IMG/VR virus record: IMGVR_UViG_3300022690_002678
Origin: a virus
DNA: 31,486 bases
Direction: 5' to 3' (one strand)
Under the pieces are notes generated by a model, which had not been told where the DNA came from, searched no databases, and saw only the letters and a list, made by a program, of their open reading frames with translations. The position numbers and the translations under genes are program-made. The number at the start of each line of letters is the position of its first letter. Position 1 is the stretch's first letter. This document shows, in pieces, positions 24,780-31,486 of this stretch.

Positions 24780-25337
24780 TCATTGTATTTCCTCCACATA
24801 CCATTGGATTTTCGGAGATGAGAAATGGATTTTTTTCTTGTGAGACTTTACCCATTTCTCAGCTTTACTTAATGCCTTTTCAAAGTTCTTTCTGGTGAAT
24901 TTTTTATATGTGAGATTTACATTGTGTTTTGGCTCTATCCATAAACTCCACCAAGCACCAAACAAAGTATTTCCAGTTTCAGTAATGCCTAATTCTGATT
25001 TTTTACAATATTTCTGATAAAGTTTTGTACCTATTAGATAAAACTCTAAATTTAAAACACTTGAATATTTTAGATGATCTTTTTTTATTTTCTCCAAGAA
25101 TTTTTTTGCAGTTTTTTCTGATACTCTATTTTCTAAAGAAATTACTTTGTTTACTGAAGTGCTAAATTTGTCAAAATCAGAATAATACCATCCCTTGTAC
25201 AAAACAAGTGTTTGATTTTTCTGATATTCTCCAATTCTGCATATTTTTGTTACGTCTTTTTGTGGAATTTTAAACAGTAACAAATTACATTCATTTTTTG
25301 TTGCGTTTTGGAATGTCAAGTTATGAATTGTTTTCAT
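24780..25337 (-). CDS. Basic hypothetical protein
   Basis: 185 aa coupled ORF. Confidence 0.75.
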   Translation of the reverse strand: MKTIHNLTFQNATKNECNLLLFKIPQKDVTKICRIGEYQKNQTLVLYKGWYYSDFDKFSTSVNKVISLENRVSEKTAKKFLEKIKKDHLKYSSVLNLEFYLIGTKLYQKYCKKSELGITETGNTLFGAWWSLWIEPKHNVNLTYKKFTRKNFEKALSKAEKWVKSHKKKIHFSSPKIQWYVEEIQ

Positions 25338-25690
25338 CTTTTTGCAGACTCCTTTAATGCTTTTTGTGGTGTATCTTCTAAAACTAACTTCATAGGATTT
25401 TTGCCCTTGTAGATTTTTGTATAATCAAATTCAATTTTTAGATTTTCTTGAATTACAATTTTTTTTGCAAGCTCACCTGAAGTCTTGGCACAAAGACAGC
25501 TCCAAGTACCTTTTGGATTCTTTGCGTTTAGTTTGTTATCACCTATTACATGATCGCCTTTTGGATTCATTATATGTGCTAACCATTGTTTTTCTTGATG
25601 ATTTTTGAATATTAGTAATCGATCACCATTTTTTTTATCTTCTTCCCAAAATTCATGAATTCCGTTATCTCCATAATACAAAGTATTCAT
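25334..25690 (-). CDS. Hypothetical protein
   Basis: 118 aa, GGAGG RBS. Confidence 0.75.
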   Translation of the reverse strand: MNTLYYGDNGIHEFWEEDKKNGDRLLIFKNHQEKQWLAHIMNPKGDHVIGDNKLNAKNPKGTWSCLCAKTSGELAKKIVIQENLKIEFDYTKIYKGKNPMKLVLEDTPQKALKESAKR

Positions 25691-25856
25691 TCTTTAAATT
25701 CCTCCTTCATTTGCTCAGCTAGTGCAATTAACTCTTTTTCATTATAAATTTCAAGCTGTGCATTTGCATCATCAATATCATTTAGAATATAGACACAATC
25801 TTTTTGTGTTATTTCATATCTATGATCTTGTAAATATTTTACAGCTTGCTCAATAT

Positions 25857-26054
25857 TCAATTTTCACGACTCCTTACAATATAGTCTGGATTATCAGCAA
25901 TTTTGCAACGTGCAAACCAAAGACCACCTAGAATAATATTTGGCTCATGATCATACCAATCCCCTAAACATTCAGCACAATATTCACATTCAAAGAGATG
26001 TTTTACAAATTCCTCAAAAGTTTGACCATCTAATTTTATTTCTTGTTCACTCAT
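25857..26054 (-). CDS. Small Cys/His protein
   Basis: CEYCAEC...H...C; ATGA-coupled. Confidence 0.7.
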   Translation of the reverse strand: MSEQEIKLDGQTFEEFVKHLFECEYCAECLGDWYDHEPNIILGGLWFARCKIADNPDYIVRSREN

Positions 26055-26323
26055 GATTGATTCTCCTTACAATCTCTGCAAAGTTTATCTTTTTTATTTT
26101 CAAGCATATTTCCTTCTTTCTCTAGTGATCTTCCACATTCTGAACATGATCCGCAATCATCACAAATCCATTTTCCAAATATTAAAAAACCATCAGGTAG
26201 TTCGTCTGCTGGTCGTGATATTGTCCCATCTTCTTCTTTAACTTCTGCATTTTTCCATACTTCATAATCAAAAGAATTTTCACAAACATCACAAATTATG
26301 GATTTAGTTTCTTCAATAGACAT
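26051..26323 (-). CDS. Multi-CxxC zinc-finger protein
   Basis: CDVC, CDDC, CSEC, CRDC. Confidence 0.75.
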   Translation of the reverse strand: MSIEETKSIICDVCENSFDYEVWKNAEVKEEDGTISRPADELPDGFLIFGKWICDDCGSCSECGRSLEKEGNMLENKKDKLCRDCKENQS

Positions 26324-26562
26324 TAGTTTAAGATCTCCATTTCTCTTTCTTTTCTTAGCTTGCGATTATTGCGTTTAATTTGCAAGCCAAAAGGAACCTC
26401 ATAGAATCCCAAATCTCGGCATGTATGATCTGAACTGTCTGTAATGGCTTGATCTAGTGCTATTCTAAAAGGACAACAATCATTCCAGCCAAGAAAACAC
26501 CTGTCACACAATGGAGCCATGACACAAGCATTAGGATTTTCACAGCATCGACATTTAGACAT
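26323..26562 (-). CDS. Cys-rich small protein
   Basis: CRCC..C...CDRC...CC; TAATG-coupled. Confidence 0.7.
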   Translation of the reverse strand: MSKCRCCENPNACVMAPLCDRCFLGWNDCCPFRIALDQAITDSSDHTCRDLGFYEVPFGLQIKRNNRKLRKEREMEILN

Positions 26563-27089
26563 TATTTTTCATCATCCTTTTGTTTTTTCTCCAAGTCTAA
26601 GGTTTTTTGAGTGGGTAAATATTCAACATTTTTTGAATTGATATTTTGCAATAATACAATCATTAAAAATATCTCTAGTCTTTCAGTCCAATGAGACTTT
26701 TTCTCATCATTTAGAAAATCATCAAAGCTTTTAGGATGACAATCATATTCAATTCCATCAGTCCAGTTTTTCTTATAATCACATAGCCATGAAACAAACT
26801 TGCTTAGATTATTTTGTTGAACACTTGGATCAATTCGATAAACTTTAGCTTTTCTTTCATATTTGTATAGAAAAGGCTCGCATTTCTCAATTGAAATTTT
26901 ATGTCCATTATCTAATCCGAATCCATGACCAAAGGCTGTAATTTGATGAGATAATAACCATAATTGATTAGGTGTCATGTTTAAAAATTCATCAGGTATA
27001 GTTATGATGTATATTTCATAGTCATTTTCTAGCTTGAATTTTCTGTTTGTCTCAAGCTCTGTGATTTTGTGTATTGTTGATTGAATCAT
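26562..27089 (-). CDS. Hypothetical protein
   Basis: 175 aa coupled ORF. Confidence 0.75.
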   Translation of the reverse strand: MIQSTIHKITELETNRKFKLENDYEIYIITIPDEFLNMTPNQLWLLSHQITAFGHGFGLDNGHKISIEKCEPFLYKYERKAKVYRIDPSVQQNNLSKFVSWLCDYKKNWTDGIEYDCHPKSFDDFLNDEKKSHWTERLEIFLMIVLLQNINSKNVEYLPTQKTLDLEKKQKDDEK

Positions 27090-27388
27090 TTTTGAAGCAC
27101 CTTTATGACTAGGGGTTTATTTTCTCTAAATTCTATCCAGTGTTGTTCTAAAAAGTGATTTTCTTTTCCATCATAGTATTCTGAATTTCTAAATCCTATA
27201 ATATAACCAAGTTGACCCTCAATACTATCTCTATACATCGGAGATTTTCTTTTGTTTGGATAGTTTTCTTTAATCCATTCTTTAGCTGCATTAATTGAAT
27301 CAAAATTCTCTAGAGTATTATCATATATTGAATAAGCATCTTTAGGATTAAATGACTTTGAGCATTTTGTAATTGCTAATTGAATCAT
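27086..27388 (-). CDS. Hypothetical protein (MIQLAITK...)
   Basis: TAATG-coupled start at 27388 with GAGG RBS. Confidence 0.7.
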   Translation of the reverse strand: MIQLAITKCSKSFNPKDAYSIYDNTLENFDSINAAKEWIKENYPNKRKSPMYRDSIEGQLGYIIGFRNSEYYDGKENHFLEQHWIEFRENKPLVIKVLQK

Positions 27389-27726
27389 TATTCTGAAACC
27401 TCGCAAATTGTTTCTGAATATCGATATCCGTCTGTTACTAATTCATAGTATTTGTAGGGAACAGTTTTTTTATCAACAATTTTACTATTTTCTCTTAATT
27501 CAACTTTTCCAAATTTTTTGGAATATTTAATTAATCCATTTTTGCCATGTGAATAAATATCTCCTAAAATTACCTTAGTTTTGTTTTTTGTAAAGCCTAA
27601 AAATGCGTATTTCTTTTTAAAGGCTAGTGCATAATTTTCTAATGCGATAAATTGAACGCCATCTTTTGAATAAATCATCTTTTCAATTGCTTTAATCGCT
27701 TGTTCTGGTATTGGGTTTATTTCCAT
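27388..27726 (-). CDS. Basic hypothetical protein, first gene after promoter motif copy 2
   Basis: 112 aa; leaderless spacing from the motif. Confidence 0.75.
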   Translation of the reverse strand: MEINPIPEQAIKAIEKMIYSKDGVQFIALENYALAFKKKYAFLGFTKNKTKVILGDIYSHGKNGLIKYSKKFGKVELRENSKIVDKKTVPYKYYELVTDGYRYSETICEVSE

Positions 27727-27744
27727 GTATATTATATAATAGAA

Positions 27745-27770
27745 TTACAGTTAAGTGTTACTCATTATAA
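27745..27770 (-). promoter_or_regulatory. Repeated promoter motif, copy 2
   Basis: See copy 1 at 24070-24095. Confidence 0.8.
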
Positions 27771-27783
27771 TATAATAAAAAAA

Positions 27784-27966
27784 TTAATCAAAAGTTGAGG
27801 CTAAATCTTCAACTATTGAATTAATTCTTTTTTTAATTATTGGTAATATCTCTATAATTTCCTCATCTGATAAATCAAAATCAGCTTGAATTTCTGTTGC
27901 ATTATCCCATGCTCTTTTAATTTTTTCAAGTTCTGATTTTTTCATTTTATCAAGCCTCCTATCCAT
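27784..27966 (-). CDS. Small helical hypothetical protein
   Basis: Likely starts at MKKSEL, after GGAGG. Confidence 0.6.
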   Translation of the reverse strand: MDRRLDKMKKSELEKIKRAWDNATEIQADFDLSDEEIIEILPIIKKRINSIVEDLASTFD

Positions 27967-28272
27967 TCAATCTTTAAAGGAATTTTATAATTTAAAATTA
28001 ATTTTTTTATGTTTTTCATTCCCTTGTTATGAAGTCTTTTGTTTTCATGAGGCTTTATTTTTAGAGTCATGTAAAATCGTTTCATGCAAATAAAACCCCC
28101 GTGCAAATAGCCTCATTTACTAAATGCCTATAGTCTAAAAGATTAGGCTGCATAAAAAAAGAGAAAATTATTTTATTCAAGTTCTTTAATCTCCTTTTGA
28201 ATTTGTTTATATTGTTCATCAGTTGGATCAAACCATTTCAAATAATCATATAATGCTTCAAGGATAATTGTT

Positions 28273-28413
28273 TTATTCAATTTCAAAAAGCTCCATTTCT
28301 TCAAGTAAAATGTTACATTTTGCATTATTATTTTCAAAGTGTTTTAAAAATTCAGAATAATCATTAAACTTATTTTGACAATTATTACAAAAAAAAGTTT
28401 TTTGAGAATTCAA
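28273..28413 (-). CDS. 46-aa C2H-C zinc-finger-like microprotein
   Basis: Manually translated FFCNNCQNKF....EFLKHF......C; TTG start with GGAG; coupled to ORFs 28173-28280 and 28410-28574. Confidence 0.55.
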   Translation of the reverse strand: MNSQKTFFCNNCQNKFNDYSEFLKHFENNNAKCNILLEEMELFEIE

Positions 28414-28570
28414 TTTTTTAAAATCTCCAATAAGTGATTATTATCCATAATCAAAACACGAGCTTTGTAAGATTCATCAATTAATGAATCAATAGTAAAA
28501 GCACACTCACGCATTGAAAATTCAATAATATTTGTATAGTCTGCATATGCTCCAAACTTTTCAAATAAAT

Positions 28571-29167
28571 TCAATTTGACCAATACCTCTTATTATGATC
28601 TTTTAATAGTTCTGTGATATAATTATCCTCAACCTCTCCAAAGTCTTTATTTTTACTAGCTAAAAATTGGTGCATTTCTGATAAATGAAAACATTCCTTG
28701 CAAAATTCTAAGCTTTGATTATGTAAATAACATATTCTTTGAGCTCGTTCATTAAAGCATTTTACACATTTTGAATCAATGATTAGTTTTATTTGTTTTA
28801 CTTGCTCTGATAAATGATCATGGCAGTCTATAGCATTAGAATAGTTTGATCTTGCATCATAGTAAATAATACCATACATATTATCAATATATCCGCTTAT
28901 CATGGTATGTTTTATTCTAATTCCATTTTCATCTAATAATTCAATGTATGAACTTGTAATTGGATCTTTTTGTACGACATTGATTAATTTATTTCCAGAC
29001 AAAAACGCATAAGCCCTCAAAATATCGATATTTGTATAGCCTTGTTTTTCTATTGCGCCAGTCAAACCCATAAAAGAAACACTTGGATAATGTCTTTTTG
29101 TCATTTCATAAATTACAAGTTTTGATATTTTTTCAATCTCTGGTGTAATTTTAAAAGCTTGAGACAT
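28571..29167 (-). CDS. Hypothetical protein, possible wHTH N-terminus and C-terminal Zn site
   Basis: CVKC...ICYLH...FCKEC..H; GGAGG RBS. Confidence 0.75.
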   Translation of the reverse strand: MSQAFKITPEIEKISKLVIYEMTKRHYPSVSFMGLTGAIEKQGYTNIDILRAYAFLSGNKLINVVQKDPITSSYIELLDENGIRIKHTMISGYIDNMYGIIYYDARSNYSNAIDCHDHLSEQVKQIKLIIDSKCVKCFNERAQRICYLHNQSLEFCKECFHLSEMHQFLASKNKDFGEVEDNYITELLKDHNKRYWSN

Positions 29168-29385
29168 TAGCTGATATCCTCCTTTAGCTGCATTACTGCG
29201 ATCTCTTTGAGACTATGCCTTTTGAAAATTTCAATGCGTTCACGCTGTCTTTTTGTGAATTGCTCTAAATTCATATTAGTTTCACTTAGGCATTTTATTA
29301 AATCCTCATTACATTGAACGCAACGAATTTTAGTTTTGTCTGAGCTGATATTAACAACTTCACAAACTGAGCATAAATGACTCAA
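29167..29385 (-). CDS. Small C4 Zn-finger protein
   Basis: CSVC...CVQC. Confidence 0.7.
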   Translation of the reverse strand: MSHLCSVCEVVNISSDKTKIRCVQCNEDLIKCLSETNMNLEQFTKRQRERIEIFKRHSLKEIAVMQLKEDIS

Positions 29386-29822
29386 TTTTTCAAAGCCTCC
29401 CTTTTAGCTCTTCTTTGAGCTATTAGATAGTCAAGAACATTTGAAAAATTAATTTCAATTCCTTTTTTTTCTAATATCTTACATGCTTTTTTAGCTTCAA
29501 TTGTATCTTTTTTCATGCGTTCTTGCCATCCCTCAGAGCACCAAAAATTATGGTCAAAATGCTCAACTTTGATCCCCTTGTAATATACGGATCTGTTTTC
29601 ATCTTGTGTCATATCTTTAATGCCACACAGCCAAAAAATCGGTTTTGTGTATGTGCCTTTTATGACATCATCATAAATTTTTTGAAGTAGTCGTGTACCT
29701 TTTCCATTGATATTATCATTAGCTGCATTTTGAATTAAGAGTAAATGAGAGGAGCTTAAATTATTTCCATCATTTGTCTTTTTCAATATTTCAATGCTCA
29801 TATCAAAAATACTTTGATTCAA
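29382..29822 (-). CDS. Hypothetical protein
   Basis: 146 aa coupled ORF. Confidence 0.75.
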   Translation of the reverse strand: MNQSIFDMSIEILKKTNDGNNLSSSHLLLIQNAANDNINGKGTRLLQKIYDDVIKGTYTKPIFWLCGIKDMTQDENRSVYYKGIKVEHFDHNFWCSEGWQERMKKDTIEAKKACKILEKKGIEINFSNVLDYLIAQRRAKREALKN

Positions 29823-30190
29823 TTGTAATTTTCTCCTTCGTGATCTTTTTGCTCTTTTAGCTTGGCAAGATATCGATCTCTAGCGATAAAATATGGTTTT
29901 TGAGCTTTGTACATTGAATTTATTTTATTAATCTCAATTCTAGCTGATCTTTCTGTTTTTGCCTTGAGTCTAATATTTTTTGTTTGCTCGCCATTTCTTA
30001 CATGCTGAATGATTAACATATAGTCAATATCATTATTACATGGCTTACATTCACAGTCAACCACAGAATTTTTTAAAACAAAGTCAGCACCATTGAAAAT
30101 TTGCCCTTTTGAAATAACTTTGCCCTTTTCATCTAATTCCAGTCCAGACATGTTAAAACATCGACTTGAAAAAATACCATCTTGAGACAT
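29819..30190 (-). CDS. Hypothetical protein
   Basis: 123 aa coupled ORF. Confidence 0.7.
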   Translation of the reverse strand: MSQDGIFSSRCFNMSGLELDEKGKVISKGQIFNGADFVLKNSVVDCECKPCNNDIDYMLIIQHVRNGEQTKNIRLKAKTERSARIEINKINSMYKAQKPYFIARDRYLAKLKEQKDHEGENYN

Positions 30191-30423
30191 TATTTTTCAT
30201 CCTCATCATTTGATTGAAGTTTAAGATCCTGATCTTTAAATTCAAGTTTTATGAGTCTATCAAGTTTTGTTTTAAAGTGTCTTAATTCATCAATTTTTAA
30301 TAAATCCACTAAATTGTTTATTGTCCATGCTAAGCCATTATGAGCTATTTCTTCTCTTAGTGTCTCAAGCTCGCATTTCTCACAAGGATAATGAGAAGAA
30401 TACATTTTATTTTTATGAGACAT
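30190..30423 (-). CDS. Hypothetical protein (MSHKNKMY...)
   Basis: TAATG-coupled start at 30423 with GGAGG RBS. Confidence 0.7.
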   Translation of the reverse strand: MSHKNKMYSSHYPCEKCELETLREEIAHNGLAWTINNLVDLLKIDELRHFKTKLDRLIKLEFKDQDLKLQSNDEDEK

Positions 30424-30644
30424 TAGATTAAAGCCTCCATTACACATTCCAAAAATGATTTAGTTATGACATATTCTTTTTTTGGTCTTTCTAAGGATTT
30501 TACTAATTGATCCCTTTTTTCTTCTGCTTGTGGATATGTCGCAAAAACACCACGAACACCAAAATTATTACTTAGGACAAAAACGAATCTATCTTTTATG
30601 GTATAATTTTGATTTTCTTCAAAGTCTTTAACTATTTTCAGCAT
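30423..30644 (-). CDS. Hypothetical protein
   Basis: 73 aa, GVFATYPQAE motif; coupled. Confidence 0.7.
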   Translation of the reverse strand: MLKIVKDFEENQNYTIKDRFVFVLSNNFGVRGVFATYPQAEEKRDQLVKSLERPKKEYVITKSFLECVMEALI

Positions 30645-30973
30645 TAGTTTAAAGTCTCCTTGTCGACTTCAGTATAAAAAAAGCGTTTGTGTCCATCTTT
30701 GAAAGTGTCATTTCTCACTAAGATTTTACCGCTTGCGTTTCGCTCTTCAATAATTGTGATTTTCTTTTTTACTTCTCTTATTCTAGTTGTAACATTAGTT
30801 AACATATACCATCGTGCATCCTCTGGTGAATTATCATATTTTCGAGGGATATTTTTCTTAATTCCTTTCCAATATGCTTTTTCTTTTTCTAATTTCTCAA
30901 GTTTTACAGCTAGTTTCTCTAATGCTTGCGGATCGTCTTGAAATATTACGCTCAATTTCTTATATCTCCACAC
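30644..30973 (-). CDS. Protein resembling the C-terminal part of DUF3560-type mobile-element proteins
   Basis: I..DDP.ALEKL..KLEKLE...Y.LTN....IR.VKKKI, recognised from memory. Confidence 0.55.
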   Translation of the reverse strand: MWRYKKLSVIFQDDPQALEKLAVKLEKLEKEKAYWKGIKKNIPRKYDNSPEDARWYMLTNVTTRIREVKKKITIIEERNASGKILVRNDTFKDGHKRFFYTEVDKETLN

Positions 30974-31197
30974 ATGATTTTTTGATAAGCTGCGTTGATC
31001 TGAGCTTCTAATTCATCATAGGTCATAATTTCAGCATTATCGAATTTTTGATATAATTCAATTTCAATACTTCTGAATTTTCTTACGTTTTGTTTGTGTA
31101 AAATTTCCGCATCCTCGTTTGCAATTCTTCGATCATTCAAATTTGAGCTATGAATTAATCGTGAATTATCCTCTAATGATGGAATAAACTCAGACAT
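30952..31197 (-). CDS. Hypothetical protein
   Basis: 81 aa, AGGAG RBS, TAATG-coupled. Confidence 0.7.
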   Translation of the reverse strand: MSEFIPSLEDNSRLIHSSNLNDRRIANEDAEILHKQNVRKFRSIEIELYQKFDNAEIMTYDELEAQINAAYQKIMCGDIRN

Positions 31198-31486
31198 TAG
31201 TTCACAGTCTCCTTTAGAAAACCAAACGCAAAGCTGTGATCTTCTCTTGTTGCAGTCTTTGAATCAATCAATTTTATAATTTGACTAATTCGCTCCAAGT
31301 CTTTAGACATTAGATAGCCCTCGTAACAATTGCAAACATGCCTTGACAATGTAGCTCAGGAATAATCACACCTAATTGATAAGGCTTTGATTTTGGTAAC
31401 ATTGACTTTAGTTGTTCAAAAAATTCATTCTTGCCATTACCTACAATGGTTAATTGTTGTTTCATGATTGATCCCCTTTACAATCA

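Larger units (their letters stand above)
2048..31486. mobile_element. Probable archaeal virus/provirus (or similar element) of a Nitrosopumilaceae-like host; ends not visible
   Basis: Long unidirectional runs of short coupled orphan ORFs, several MTases, HNH proteins and Zn fingers, no housekeeping genes; however, no virion hallmark gene is present in the window. Confidence 0.7.

Noticed and set aside
28047-28150. Structured RNA (ATGAGGCT/AGCCTCAT and a GCCTA/TAGGC hairpin)
   Set aside because: Stems are short, and the region is also explained by two ATGA-coupled micro-ORFs (23 and 47 aa); insufficient support.
18976-30941. Plus-strand ORFs within the leftward arm
   Set aside because: Shadows of a continuous, translationally coupled minus-strand gene array.

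Overview
AT-rich, gene-dense segment that reads like a virus/provirus or related mobile element of ammonia-oxidising archaea (Nitrosopumilaceae-like). The host call rests on archaeal TATA-box promoters and on proteins I recognise from memory as Nitrosopumilus-type: an RHH protein, an ArsR-like wHTH, a Cdc48 N-domain and a 'KTILFASL..LILPFS' signal peptide. No capsid, terminase, polymerase or tyrosine integrase is visible in the window. Layout: (i) two leftward secreted-protein genes (1-1967); (ii) a non-coding control region (2017-2695); (iii) a rightward coupled operon (2695-12771) with a ParB-DNA methyltransferase fusion, two HNH-like proteins, a stand-alone Cdc48 N-domain, a small MTase, a Vsr/DUF559-like nuclease and Zn fingers; (iv) a leftward IS6-like DDE recombinase and a large repetitive surface protein; (v) a long leftward arm of small coupled ORFs with a GHKL ATPase and an N6-adenine MTase. 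The highlight is region (ii). It holds a well-formed tRNA with alanine identity (G3:U70, A73) but a Phe anticodon (GAA), i.e. a predicted Phe-to-Ala mistranslating tRNA. Next to it lie convergent, apparently separately promoted ~46-nt antisense RNA cassettes: one is complementary to this tRNA's anticodon arm, the other to a GAU (Ile) anticodon variant. A further hairpin RNA has a loop complementary to the leader/RBS of the first gene of the rightward operon. I infer an all-RNA toxin-antitoxin/immunity system based on a miscoding tRNA; this is untested.
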